Part shown: in pieces, positions 1-9,800 of the stretch
Layout: each line of letters opens with the position of its first letter
How positions within the stretch are numbered: position 1 is the first letter of the stretch
From: an uncultured Syntrophomonas sp.
GTDB lineage: Bacteria; Bacillota; Syntrophomonadia; Syntrophomonadales; Syntrophomonadaceae
Direction: 5' to 3'
DNA: 64,000 nt
Assembly (NCBI GenBank): GCA_964563125.1
Contig: CAZLVY010000005.1
Coordinates: forward strand, 387-64,386
Program-made: the position numbers and the translations under genes
Notes under the pieces: generated by a model
The model's input: only the letters and a program-made list of their open reading frames with translations
What the model was told of the DNA's origin: nothing
Database searches by the model: none

Positions 1-1
1 T

Positions 2-208
2 TATACAGATGTCCGCCGCTTCATGAATGCGGTTGATGCTGCCGCAGTTTATGCCAATGCTTCTACTCGTTTTACCGATGGCAGCGAATTCGGCTTTGGC
101 GCCGAAATGGGTATCAGCACCCAAAAACTGCATGCCCGCGGTCCCATGGGGTTACGGGAACTTACCACCACCAAATATATAATCTATGGTGACGGACAAA
201 TACGCTAA
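2..208 (+). CDS. proA: gamma-glutamyl phosphate reductase, C-terminal fragment (gene begins upstream of window)
   Basis: The frame is open from the window edge. The sequence [40 protein letters not shown] is the conserved ProA C-terminus. Confidence 0.85.
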   Translation, partial: YTDVRRFMNAVDAAAVYANASTRFTDGSEFGFGAEMGISTQKLHARGPMGLRELTTTKYIIYGDGQIR

Positions 209-267
209 GAAATGTTGCCTTCAGGGTCAGGCTTGATTTGTTGCTTTCATGTGCAAATATTGTGAAC

Positions 268-304
268 AAGAAACACGGGGACTCTCGGGCTCCCCGTGTT
301 TCTT
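268..304. terminator. bidirectional hairpin between convergent proA and the cysteine-synthase-like gene
   Basis: A 14-bp perfect stem AAGAAACACGGGGA / TCCCCGTGTTTCTT encloses a 9-nt loop. The U-run is weak on both strands. Confidence 0.5.
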
Positions 305-380
305 CGTGACAGTAAAAATCGCTGCCTGCTTGTCTTGGCTCCAGAGGGGTATGCCCTGTAGGACATTATCCTGTCACATT

Positions 381-1415
381 TTATTCTATTATTTCAAAAT
401 TATAGCCGGCCAATTTTTCCTGATTCTCACTGCTTAGTATATAATCCCTTTCCAAAGGAATTCTATTTACCGGATCACTGCACAATTCTGTCGTAAGGTA
501 ACGAAGGCCGTTATCATTAACAATAGTAACAATCCGTTTTAGATGGGGATATTTTGCCGCCAGTTTTAAGGCTGCGGCAACATTACATCCGGATGATATA
601 CCGCAGAATATACCTTCCTGTTTCGATAATTCCTGAGCCATTTTAATCGAATCGTTTGATGTTACCAAAATCATTCCATCAATATAATTTAAATCTAAAA
701 TAGCTGGAATTAAACCATCGGCAATTCCCTGAATTTTATGCTGCCCGATTTTCCCGTAAGCCAGAATAGGTGATTCAGACGGTTCTGAAATAAATACCTT
801 GATAGCAGGATTTTTTTCTTTGAGATATTTGGCGTTACCTGTCACAGTTCCACCGGTTCCCTGGCACATAATGAAAGCGTCAATTTCACCTGCAGTTTGT
901 TCCCAGATTTCCGGGGCAGTATTTTCTATGTGGGCATCCAAATTTTCCTGGCGATAGAACTGTCCTATCTCAAAGATCTTCTCCCCGTACTCAGCTTTTA
1001 ACTTTTCCACTTCTTCCAGAACTAAATCTACATCAGTTTCAGCACCAGGAGTAAGCACCAGCTTGGCACCATAAGCTAAAATGGTCTTTTTACGTTCTTC
1101 ACTCATTCCTTCCGGCATAACAATAATGACGGGATAGCCTTTGGCAGCACCTACCATGGCAGTAGCTATACCAGTATTGCCGGTAGTGCCTTCCAATAAG
1201 GTCATACCTGGCAGCAGGTCGCCTCTTTTTTCCGCCTTTTCAACAATAGAGTATACTACCCGATCTTTTAAACTCCCGCTCGGGTTAGTATATTCCAGTT
1301 TGACACAGATTTCTGCCTGACTCCCGGCACCGATTTTGTTTAATCTGATCATTGGAGTTAATCCGATTGATTCCAGAACATTATTATAAATATGCTGGTT
1401 TCTATTCCAATTCAT
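381..1415 (-). CDS. PLP-dependent cysteine synthase / cystathionine beta-synthase family enzyme with a C-terminal extension
   Basis: A 344-aa ORF with the PLP-lysine context NPSGSLKDR and the loop GTTGNTGIA typical of the CysK/CysM/CBS fold. Confidence 0.8.
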   Translation of the reverse strand: MNWNRNQHIYNNVLESIGLTPMIRLNKIGAGSQAEICVKLEYTNPSGSLKDRVVYSIVEKAEKRGDLLPGMTLLEGTTGNTGIATAMVGAAKGYPVIIVMPEGMSEERKKTILAYGAKLVLTPGAETDVDLVLEEVEKLKAEYGEKIFEIGQFYRQENLDAHIENTAPEIWEQTAGEIDAFIMCQGTGGTVTGNAKYLKEKNPAIKVFISEPSESPILAYGKIGQHKIQGIADGLIPAILDLNYIDGMILVTSNDSIKMAQELSKQEGIFCGISSGCNVAAALKLAAKYPHLKRIVTIVNDNGLRYLTTELCSDPVNRIPLERDYILSSENQEKLAGYNFEIIE

Positions 1416-1443
1416 TTAACTAATCCCCCTCAAGTAATATAAA

Positions 1444-2064
1444 TTATAAAGGCCAATCTGCCTTAAATTTCAATGATCTTTTAATTTCAAATACTTCCGA
1501 TTCTGGTACTTCCGTAAAAAAAGCAGGCTTGGTTGCTGTTGCTTCTTCAAATAGAATCAGTAACTGTTGTAAAAACATTTTATGCTTATCTTTGTTTCTA
1601 AGTGTTAATCCTTTCTGCTCTAACTTTTGCGCGATTATGTTGTTTAAGTTATTTTCATAATCAGTTAGTTGGGCAAAAAAATCTTTCCAGAGCTTTAATT
1701 TTGCTTCATTTTCCCAGTTTATACCGGGACAAACGAAATGACGGCAGATTGATTCACGTAATGACTGCTCCAGTATGCAGCCACTTTCCTTATTATGAAA
1801 TTGACAGCGATAGGAATTTTCTTCAGGACAATTGTTAACTGTAACTGAATTATCCAAAACAGTTAATGAAGGCAGATTTAAAATATAATCCAGCAATTCG
1901 GGCTTATTCTTTAATAAATAAGCAAAATCACAAGCATAAAAGACAGGTGAATAATAACCGCAGCAGCCTTTATCATCCTGACGCGGACACTCACTGCATA
2001 AATCAACCTCTATATAACTTCTGAGACCATGATTATGAAATATCATTTTGATGGTTTTATCCAT
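1444..2064 (-). CDS. cysteine-rich hypothetical protein (possible metal or Fe-S binding, YkgJ-like CxxC...CC motif)
   Basis: A 206-aa ORF with CSECPRQDDKGCCG plus six or more further Cys. It lies directly upstream of the cysteine-synthase-like gene on the same strand. Confidence 0.55.
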   Translation of the reverse strand: MDKTIKMIFHNHGLRSYIEVDLCSECPRQDDKGCCGYYSPVFYACDFAYLLKNKPELLDYILNLPSLTVLDNSVTVNNCPEENSYRCQFHNKESGCILEQSLRESICRHFVCPGINWENEAKLKLWKDFFAQLTDYENNLNNIIAQKLEQKGLTLRNKDKHKMFLQQLLILFEEATATKPAFFTEVPESEVFEIKRSLKFKADWPL

Positions 2065-2254
2065 TTTCCAATAAACTCTCTCTTCCTGAAACTGTCTTAT
2101 TTATTATAGAGGTTTTGCCCTTAGGTTAAAAGGTTAAAAAGTTGCTGTCTGCAGATTAAATGTCAGGTTCATTTGGCATTTATTTACCTTTGTAGTACAA
2201 TTTACTTGAGTTTTAAGCATTCACGCTAGCCAGGAAATAAAGGTGGTTTAATTT

Positions 2255-2878
2255 TTGAAACAAGCAATAGGAATCATGGGAGGAACATTTGACCCGATTC
2301 ACTATGGCCATTTGACGGCGGCCGAATTTGCCCGGGCTGAATTTAAATTAGCTAAAGTGCTCTTGATGTTAGCCGCCAGACCACCGCATAAACAAGAGGA
2401 ATTAATATTGGACGAAGAACACCGCCTCGAGATGCTTAAGCTGGCAATTAGTGATAATAAACTTTTAGAAGTATCTACCCTGGAGCTAAACCGTCCCGGA
2501 TACTCCTACACGATCGATACTATCAGGTATTTTCTGGATCATTGTCCGCAAAAGAAAATATATTTTATCATGGGCTCTGATGCACTATTTACTTTACATA
2601 CCTGGAAAGAAGTAAATCAGTTAAGCCGGTTATGTAATTTTATTGTTGTGACCCGTCCCGGTTATCAACTCAAGAAGGACGATCCCCAGTATGCCAGATT
2701 GCCGTCAGATTTTTGGGATAACGTTTCTAATCTGGAAATACCGGGTTTTGACTTTTCTTCTACTGATATCAGAACCAGAGTAAAGCAGGGTAAAACTATA
2801 AAATATATGGTGCCACCTCAAGTTGAACAGTATATCAGGCGGCATGGCATATACAAACTGGGGGAAGAAGATGTTTAA
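2255..2878 (+). CDS. nadD: nicotinate-nucleotide adenylyltransferase
   Basis: GGTFDPIHYGHL motif. TTG start with AAAGGTGG 8 nt upstream. Followed by yqeK and rsfS as in Bacillus. Confidence 0.9.
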   Translation: MKQAIGIMGGTFDPIHYGHLTAAEFARAEFKLAKVLLMLAARPPHKQEELILDEEHRLEMLKLAISDNKLLEVSTLELNRPGYSYTIDTIRYFLDHCPQKKIYFIMGSDALFTLHTWKEVNQLSRLCNFIVVTRPGYQLKKDDPQYARLPSDFWDNVSNLEIPGFDFSSTDIRTRVKQGKTIKYMVPPQVEQYIRRHGIYKLGEEDV

Positions 2879-3446
2879 CGGCAAAGAGGCTTACAAAGCA
2901 GTTGAGAAACAATTATCACCTTTATTATTAAGGCATGTTTGGCAGGTTGCTGAAGTAGCGCAAAAGATGGCCGGGAAATATGAAGAAGACCAGGAAAAGG
3001 CTTATCTGGCAGGTCTTTTACACGATTATGCTAAAGAAAAATCAGAGGCACAGCTCTTAATAATTGCCGCTGAAAATGCTTTACTCGATGATGTATACAG
3101 ACAGGTACCGTATTTGCTGCATGCTCCGGTGGGGGCTTTGCTGATTAAAAGAGAACTGGGAATTGATGATGAAGATATAATAGAAGCTATCAGCAATCAT
3201 ACTCTGGGGAAAGCTGCTATGAACAATCTGGAGAAGATTATCTTTTTGGCTGACATGATAGAACCAGATCGAGATTTTCCTGGAGTAGATAAGATAAGAA
3301 GTCTGGCGGCCAAGAATTTGGATAGGGCAATGCTTTTAGGATTAGATTCCACCCTCAAACATTGTTTGAATAAAAACAGTATAATTCATCCGCGGACAAT
3401 TTTAGCCAGAAATTATTTTTTGCTCCAGGTAAAACCACAATTTTAA
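2871..3446 (+). CDS. yqeK: HD-domain bis(5'-nucleosyl)-tetraphosphatase, YqeK family
   Basis: HD motif LLHDYAK. I prefer the internal ATG at 2871 (SD GGGGGAAG, 8-nt overlap with nadD) over the ORF-track start at 2823. Confidence 0.85.
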   Translation: MFNGKEAYKAVEKQLSPLLLRHVWQVAEVAQKMAGKYEEDQEKAYLAGLLHDYAKEKSEAQLLIIAAENALLDDVYRQVPYLLHAPVGALLIKRELGIDDEDIIEAISNHTLGKAAMNNLEKIIFLADMIEPDRDFPGVDKIRSLAAKNLDRAMLLGLDSTLKHCLNKNSIIHPRTILARNYFLLQVKPQF

Positions 3447-3560
3447 AAGTATTTATAAATGAACAGAAGGAGGATATGAAGCCATTAGATTAGAAATACT
3501 TATTATAATGTAAGTGTTTTAAAAAAATATTTCGTATTTATTACACAAGGAGGGTATTTT

Positions 3561-3911
3561 TTGCTCAAAGAAGATAAATTGGCACAAATTATAGCTGAAG
3601 CTTGCCAGGATGAAAAAGCACAGGATGTAGTTATATTAGATGTTAGTGAGCTAACAATAATAGCAGATTATTTTATCATTGCATCTGGCAAAAGTACGAT
3701 TCAAGTAAAAAGCATAGTAGATTATACGGAAGCAACCCTGGAAGAATATGATATCAGTCCAATTCGACGGGAAGGACACCAACAGGGAGTTTGGGCCGTT
3801 TTGGACTATGGGTCCATTATTTTGCACGTTTTTAGAAATGAAGAGAGAGAATATTATGCATTGGAAAATCTCTGGGGTGATGCGCGACGGGTAGCGTTCG
3901 AGACGGTATAA
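3561..3911 (+). CDS. rsfS: ribosome silencing factor RsfS (iojap family)
   Basis: A 116-aa ORF with the DYFIIASG...WAVLDYGSIILHVF signature, SD AAGGAGGG and a TTG start. Confidence 0.9.
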   Translation: MLKEDKLAQIIAEACQDEKAQDVVILDVSELTIIADYFIIASGKSTIQVKSIVDYTEATLEEYDISPIRREGHQQGVWAVLDYGSIILHVFRNEEREYYALENLWGDARRVAFETV

Positions 3912-3948
3912 TAAGGTCTCTTATGAGAAAAACATAATATTAAAAACA

Positions 3949-3978
3949 AAAACCGATTAGTTTGCACTAATCGGTTTT
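3949..3978. terminator. bidirectional intrinsic terminator (rsfS on + strand, leuS on - strand)
   Basis: Stem AAAACCGATTAG / CTAATCGGTTTT with a 6-nt loop, and T-runs following on both strands. Confidence 0.75.
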
Positions 3979-4094
3979 ATTTATATATTTTACAATGTGT
4001 TGGGGGGGTGGGGAGGGCCAAATTGATCGACTGTTAGGTCGGCAAAGTTGCCCAACCCCGGGGGGTGTATACCAACACATAATTGGTATCTAAA

Positions 4095-6572
4095 CTACTT
4101 AACGACAATATTTATTAATTTATTAGGAACAACAACAATTTTCGCAATATTTTTGCCATTTGTCAATTGTTTAATTTTGGGGTTATCAAGCGCTAATTGT
4201 TGCATTTCTTCTTCAGAAGTGTTAAGAGGAACTTTTAAACGGTCTTTTACCTTGCCGCTTATTTGGATAACAATTTCCACTTCATCAAGTATTAAAGCTT
4301 CCGGCTTATAATGCGGCCAGGGCTCAAGATAAATACTGGTCTGGCTGCCGATTTCCTGCCATAATTCTTCACAAATATGTGGTGAAAACGGACTTAACAG
4401 GATGAGTAAACTTTCAACCGCCAATTTGACCAGAGCTTTATTCTTGTCTTTAACCTCACGGTAGCTGTTTAACTGGTTGGTAAGCTCCATAATAGCACTA
4501 ATCGCTGTGTTAAAATTAAAACGCTCTTTTATGTCTTCGCTAACTTTTTTTATGGTGGCATGAGTTTTATAGTATAAGCTTTTATCAATCTGGTTAAGGG
4601 AAGGTGCGTCCAGACTTTCTACCTCCCCGCGAAGCTCAGGCGCATAATCATTAACCAATCTCCAAATCCGGTTAAGAAAACGGAAACAACCTTCTACACC
4701 CTGGTCACTCCATTCCAAATCTCTTTCCGGAGGTGAAGCAAACAGAATAAAGAGCCTGGCTGTATCAGCACCATAGTTTTTGATTATTTCCTCCGGGCTT
4801 ACTACATTGCCTTTGGATTTTGACATTTTGGAGCCATCTTTTAAGACCATACCCTGAGTCAATAGATTAGAAAAAGGCTCCTGATGATCAATCATTTTTA
4901 TATCATGTAAAAATTTTGTGAAGAAACGGGCGTACATAAGATGCAAAATTGCATGCTCAACTCCGCCGATATATTGGTCAACCGGCATCCAGTAATTAGC
5001 CTTATCACTGTCAAAAGGTATTTCTTTCGAATCAGGACTGCAAAAGCGGTCAAAATACCAGGAAGAACATACAAAAGTATCCATTGTGTCAGTTTCTCGG
5101 CGAGCTTCACCGCCACAAACAGGACAGGCAGCTTTATAAAAGCTTTCCACATAATTGAGTGGAGACTCACCGGTTATCTTAAAATTTACATCTTCGGGCA
5201 GCAGTACGGGTAAATCTTTATATGGTACAGGAGTTGGACCGCACTGAGGACAGTATATGATTGGAATTGGTGCACCCCAGTATCTCTGCCGCGAAATCAA
5301 CCAGTCGCGTAAGCGATAATTAACGGTACCGCTGCCAATTGAGTTGGCTTCCATAAAATCGATTATTTTCTGTTTGCCTTCAGTTACTGACAGACCGTCA
5401 AAAGCGCCGCTGTTAACCATTTGACCATCACCGGAATAAGACTCGTGCAGAGTTTGGTTTTCGTCAGCACAATCAGGTTCTTTAATAACTATACGGATAG
5501 GAAGATTGTATTTTTTTGCAAAGTCAAAGTCACGCTGATCATGGGCCGGGACTGCCATAATAGCACCAGTTCCATAATCCATTAGTACATAATTGGCTAT
5601 CCAGATTGGTATTTGCTCATTATTCATAGGATTTACAGCATAGGCACCGGTAAAGACTCCGACTTTTTCTAATTCTGCACTGGAACGATCAACATCACTG
5701 ACAAATTTGACCTGGTTAACAAAAGCAGTTACTGCTCTTTCCTGGGGCAGACCTTTGGAGATAACTGATACCAGAGGATGTTCAGGTGCCAAAACCATGT
5801 ATGTAACGCCAAACACAGTATCGGGACGAGTAGTGAAAACGGTTAGTTTTTCGTCACTGCCGGCAATAGGCATGGAAAATTCACAACCTTCACTGCGGCC
5901 AATCCAATTTCTCTGCATGGTTTTTACTTTTTCCGGCCAACCAGGGAGCTCTTCCAGGTCATCAAGGAGTCTCTGGGCATAATCAGTTATTTTAAAGAAC
6001 CACTGCTCCAGTTGTTTCTTATCAACTTTGGTTTCACAACGTTCACAGGCACCTTCGACCACTTGTTCATTGGCCAGAACTGTCTGGCATGATGGGCACC
6101 AATTTACTGCTGCTGACTTTTTATAAGCTAAACCATTTTCATAAAGCTTGAGAAACATCCATTGGGTGAATTGATAATAGTCAGGATGACAGGTAGCTAT
6201 TTCGCGATCCCAATCATAACTTATTCCAAGAGTCTTGAGCTGCTGTTTCATAGCTTCTATATTTGAGAAAGTCCACTTTGCAGGGTGAATACCGTGCTTT
6301 ATGGCAGCATTTTCTGCCGGTAATCCAAAGGAGTCCCAACCCATAGGATGCAAAACATTAAAACCATCCATAGCTTTGAAACGGGCAATAACATCTCCAA
6401 TAGCGTAATTACGGACATGCCCCATGTGCAAATTCCCTGATGGGTAGGGAAACATCTCTAAAGCATAATATTTAGGCTTACCGGGATCTTCCGAAGCTTT
6501 ATAAAACTTGTTTTGTGCCCAGTATTCCTGCCATTTCTTTTCAATTCGATTAGGTTCGTATTTTATTTCCAT
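4095..6572 (-). CDS. leuS: leucine--tRNA ligase
   Basis: An 825-aa ORF with the HMGH and KMSKS class I motifs, preceded by a Leu-specific T-box leader. Confidence 0.97.
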   Translation of the reverse strand: MEIKYEPNRIEKKWQEYWAQNKFYKASEDPGKPKYYALEMFPYPSGNLHMGHVRNYAIGDVIARFKAMDGFNVLHPMGWDSFGLPAENAAIKHGIHPAKWTFSNIEAMKQQLKTLGISYDWDREIATCHPDYYQFTQWMFLKLYENGLAYKKSAAVNWCPSCQTVLANEQVVEGACERCETKVDKKQLEQWFFKITDYAQRLLDDLEELPGWPEKVKTMQRNWIGRSEGCEFSMPIAGSDEKLTVFTTRPDTVFGVTYMVLAPEHPLVSVISKGLPQERAVTAFVNQVKFVSDVDRSSAELEKVGVFTGAYAVNPMNNEQIPIWIANYVLMDYGTGAIMAVPAHDQRDFDFAKKYNLPIRIVIKEPDCADENQTLHESYSGDGQMVNSGAFDGLSVTEGKQKIIDFMEANSIGSGTVNYRLRDWLISRQRYWGAPIPIIYCPQCGPTPVPYKDLPVLLPEDVNFKITGESPLNYVESFYKAACPVCGGEARRETDTMDTFVCSSWYFDRFCSPDSKEIPFDSDKANYWMPVDQYIGGVEHAILHLMYARFFTKFLHDIKMIDHQEPFSNLLTQGMVLKDGSKMSKSKGNVVSPEEIIKNYGADTARLFILFASPPERDLEWSDQGVEGCFRFLNRIWRLVNDYAPELRGEVESLDAPSLNQIDKSLYYKTHATIKKVSEDIKERFNFNTAISAIMELTNQLNSYREVKDKNKALVKLAVESLLILLSPFSPHICEELWQEIGSQTSIYLEPWPHYKPEALILDEVEIVIQISGKVKDRLKVPLNTSEEEMQQLALDNPKIKQLTNGKNIAKIVVVPNKLINIVVK

Positions 6573-6589
6573 GACAGCCTCCTAAAATA

Positions 6590-6905
6590 AAAATAAAAAA
6601 ACACCCTGATCCCTAAATAGGGACGAGAGTGAAAATTCCCGCGGTACCACCCTGATTGACAAATAAATGGTGGAGCTAGTGGGATTCGAACCCACGACCT
6701 CTTGAATGCCATTCAAGCGCGCTCCCAACTGCGCCATAGCCCCATAATTAATGTCCGCTTCCATGTTTAACGGAATTACCGTCCCAAACTACTTATCACT
6801 CGGGAAGCTTCTCGGCGAGTTCAACCGGCTTTTGTTACTTTTCACCAAACGTAACTCTCTTTAAATGCCTGTTTACTACTCCGATGCCATGCTTTTAAAT
6901 ATGCA
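6590..6905 (-). promoter_or_regulatory. T-box riboswitch leader, Leu (CUC) specifier, controlling leuS
   Basis: On the minus strand: AG box AGAGAG (6861..6856), distal loop GUUUGGUGAAAA (6850..6839), specifier GAA-CUC-G (CUC at 6819..6817) and F-box CCGUUA (6773..6768). These are followed by T-box AGGGUGGUACCGCG (6653..6640) and a terminator hairpin plus U7 (6631..6595). Confidence 0.85.
6668..6743 (-). tRNA. tRNA-Ala (anticodon GGC), located inside the T-box leader
   Basis: A 76-nt perfect cloverleaf: GGGGCUA-UG-GCGC-AGUUGGGA-GCGC-G-CUUGA-AUGGCAU-UCAAG-AGGUC-GUGGG-UUCGAAU-CCCAC-UAGCUCC-ACCA. It has the G3:U70 Ala identity pair and an encoded CCA. Confidence 0.9.
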
Positions 6906-6918
6906 ATTAACAATAGAA

Positions 6919-6947
6919 ATTATATGCCAAGGAAAGTTTAAAGTCAA
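6919..6947 (-). promoter_or_regulatory. sigma-A type promoter of the leuS leader
   Basis: TTGACT (6947..6942), a 17-nt spacer, then TATAAT (6924..6919). Confidence 0.7.
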
Positions 6948-7082
6948 TAGGTTGTTCCTTTGGGATCAGGCCCCTTTTGCCTGTGCCCCGGCGGGGTATT
7001 GCTATTATGTTTGAGATCAACCTTAATTTGTTTCTATTGTATCAACCTATGTGTGATTCCCCGTTTGCTGCTATAATTAAAC

Positions 7083-7109
7083 AAAAAAATAGGAGGCCTT
7101 GCGGCCTCC
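7083..7109 (-). terminator. intrinsic terminator after the acyl-CoA dehydrogenase gene
   Basis: GGAGGCC-gcaa-GGCCTCC followed by UAUUUUUUU on the minus strand. Confidence 0.8.
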
Positions 7110-7124
7110 ATTTCTATTTATGGT

Positions 7125-8264
7125 TTAGCTGGTAAGTAAATCTTTGGCGATGACTAATCTTTGTACCTGGGCGGTTCCCTCAAATATCTGCATTATTTTA
7201 GCATCACGGAAATATTTTTCTACCGGATAGTCTTTAATATAACCGTAACCACCAAAAATCTGAACAGCATCGGTGGCAACTTTCATTACCATGTCACCGG
7301 CAAAGCATTTGGACAATGAAGCTATTGCTGTAAAGGGAAGCCCGCTGTCCTGATTACTGGAGGCTTCAAGGTATAAAAGCCTTGCAGCTCTTATATATTG
7401 CGCCATATCCGCTAACATGAACTGAATTGCCTGCAGTGTACTGATAGGCTTGCCGAATTGCACTCTTTCCTTGGCATACTGGATAGAAGCTTCCATGGCT
7501 GCTTGAGCAATGCCCACTGACATGGCAGCAACACAGGCCCGGGATAAATCGAGTGTTTTCATAGCGATTCTGAACCCGTCTCCTTCAGCACCTAATAGAT
7601 TGGCAGCAGGGACTCGTACTTCATCAAAAGATACCGAGGTAGTATTACAGCTTCGTATGCCTAGTTTATCTTCTTTGGGTCCTATAGTAATGCCCGGGCT
7701 GTTACGGTCAACCATAAAGGCACACATGCCTTTATGGCCCAGCTTACGATCTATAGTGGCAAAAACGGAGTAAAGTCCGGCGATGCCACCATTGGTAACG
7801 AACTGTTTGGAGCCGGTTAGAATATAGTTGTCTCCATCTCTTACACATTTAGTGGCAAGACTGGCAGCATCAGAGCCTGCTCCCGGTTCTGTAAGGCAGA
7901 AGCCGCTCATTACTCCTTCATTTTGCAGACCGTACCACCATTTTTTTTGTTCATGAGTAGCCGCAATGATTACCGGATCCGGGCCAAGCAAAGTAGAACC
8001 AGTTAATGATGTAGCCAAACCTGCATCCCCATGAGCTATTTCTTCTACTACTAAATTTTGGGCAACATGGTCAAGTCCTGCACCACCATATTCGACAGGA
8101 ATACCAATAGTTAGTAAGCCTAAATCAAACATCTTTTTTATTGTATCTTCAGGTGATTTATTGTCTTTATCCCATTGCCCGGCAAAAGGTGCAATTTCAT
8201 TATCAGAAAAATCGCGTGCCATGGAGCGAATCATTTCTTGCTCTTCTGTATATCTAAAATCCAA
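7125..8264 (-). CDS. acyl-CoA dehydrogenase (short-chain/butyryl-CoA dehydrogenase-like)
   Basis: A 379-aa ORF with ACAD signatures (GFCLTEPGAGSDA, QIFGGYGY..DYPVEKYFRDAKI.QIFEGT). Confidence 0.9.
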   Translation of the reverse strand: MDFRYTEEQEMIRSMARDFSDNEIAPFAGQWDKDNKSPEDTIKKMFDLGLLTIGIPVEYGGAGLDHVAQNLVVEEIAHGDAGLATSLTGSTLLGPDPVIIAATHEQKKWWYGLQNEGVMSGFCLTEPGAGSDAASLATKCVRDGDNYILTGSKQFVTNGGIAGLYSVFATIDRKLGHKGMCAFMVDRNSPGITIGPKEDKLGIRSCNTTSVSFDEVRVPAANLLGAEGDGFRIAMKTLDLSRACVAAMSVGIAQAAMEASIQYAKERVQFGKPISTLQAIQFMLADMAQYIRAARLLYLEASSNQDSGLPFTAIASLSKCFAGDMVMKVATDAVQIFGGYGYIKDYPVEKYFRDAKIMQIFEGTAQVQRLVIAKDLLTS

Positions 8265-8342
8265 TTGGTATACGCCTCCCCCTAAAAAACAATCAGTCTA
8301 TAGCTAATTGATATTCTCTCTATTATCTAACAATATTTGGTC

Positions 8343-9542
8343 TTATATATCTCTGGTCCATAAAGATGCCATAGCCGGACCACCGCCGACGCATAAAGAA
8401 GCTCCGCCGATAGTAAGACCCAGGCGTTCCATTTCATAGTAGAGTGAAACTATAATGCGTAAGGCAGTGCACCCTACCGGATGACCCAGGGCTATGCCGG
8501 AGCCATTATGGTTACACTTATCCATATCCAGATTTATGCCGAAATCTTCCTTGAGCATTCTGCCTACTGCCAAGAATTGGGCGGCAAAGGCTTCATTTAT
8601 TTCCCAGTATTCAATATCATCAAAACTTAGATTAGCTTGCTTTAAGCATTTAGGAATGGCAACAGCCGGACCAAGGCCCATTAACTTTGGGTCAACGCCT
8701 TCAGTACAGATGTTGATTAGTTTCATAAGGGGCTTGATACCTAATTCAAGTGCTTTTTCTTTAGACATGATTATAACAGCAGCGGCTCCGTCATTAATAC
8801 CGGATGCATTTGCTGCCGTAACTACACCACCTTTTATAAAGGCGGAAGGAAGTTGACTGACAGATTCAAGACTGGCGTCAGGAATAGGATGCTCATCGGT
8901 GTCAAATATTTTAATACCTTTTTTACTCTTTATTTCAACTGGGACTATTTCACGTTTAAATTTATCTTCTTTAATGGCATTAGTAGCTCTGTTATGACTC
9001 ATCACCGCTAATTCATCACATTCCTGACGGCTGATGCCATACTTTTGCGCACAGTTTTCAGCAGTGATGCCCATGTGACCAGGAACCAACCTGTCAACCA
9101 AACCATCATGGATTAAAGCATCCTCAATGGTGCCCTGATTCATCCTGTAACCCATTCGGGCTTTTGGAAGCATATAGGGAGCATTAGTCATACTGTCTAC
9201 ACCTACGACCAATGCAATTTCCGTTTTACCGAGCATAATATTGTGACTGGCAATTTCCAGTGCTCTCATACCTGAGGCACAATTCTGGTTTACATTCATT
9301 GCACCGCTTTTATAGGATAGACCCAATTCCATTGATACTTGCCGGGAAGGTAAAGAACCTTGCATATGAGGATAAACAGATCCCATACATATTTCATCAA
9401 TAGTATTTGCTGTAATACCTGCTCGCAGTATTGCTTCTTTTCCTGCAGTTACAGCCAGTTCGAAAGCAGATACATCTTTTAGACCGCCTAAAAATTTACC
9501 GATAGCAGTCCGGCAGGCACTAACAATTACAACATCTTTCAA
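8343..9542 (-). CDS. acetyl-CoA C-acetyltransferase (thiolase)
   Basis: Thiolase motifs (VNQNCASGMRA, NHNGSGIALGHPVGCTA, CVGGG). I prefer the TTG at 9542 (LKDVVIVSA...), which has SD GAGAGGAG, over the SD-less GTG at 9608. Confidence 0.88.
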   Translation of the reverse strand: MKDVVIVSACRTAIGKFLGGLKDVSAFELAVTAGKEAILRAGITANTIDEICMGSVYPHMQGSLPSRQVSMELGLSYKSGAMNVNQNCASGMRALEIASHNIMLGKTEIALVVGVDSMTNAPYMLPKARMGYRMNQGTIEDALIHDGLVDRLVPGHMGITAENCAQKYGISRQECDELAVMSHNRATNAIKEDKFKREIVPVEIKSKKGIKIFDTDEHPIPDASLESVSQLPSAFIKGGVVTAANASGINDGAAAVIIMSKEKALELGIKPLMKLINICTEGVDPKLMGLGPAVAIPKCLKQANLSFDDIEYWEINEAFAAQFLAVGRMLKEDFGINLDMDKCNHNGSGIALGHPVGCTALRIIVSLYYEMERLGLTIGGASLCVGGGPAMASLWTRDI

Positions 9543-9800
9543 GTTTAGACACTCCTCTCTCAATATAAAATCTCTATTAGCTTTATATAATTTAGGGGAG
9601 GGAGACACTAATCTAAATGACTGGGTTATAGTTGCAGCTTTTATTTAGATTATCACCACCTTTTGAGATTTGCCTTAAATCATAACATATTTTGGCAAAT
9701 ATTAGAATATTTATATAAGATAAAATCTTTTAACAATTTAATATTTTAAATTAATGATATTTACTTCTCAGTTTTTAACCAATATATAAAAATGGATGCA

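Noticed and set aside
6582-6764. 60-aa ORF on the minus strand
   Set aside because: It reads straight through the tRNA-Ala cloverleaf and the T-box antiterminator/terminator. It is an artefact of structured-RNA sequence and has no SD.
9543-9608. N-terminal extension of the thiolase (GTG start at 9608)
   Set aside because: There is no SD before 9608. The TTG at 9542 has GAGAGGAG upstream and yields the canonical thiolase N-terminus (KDVVIVSA).
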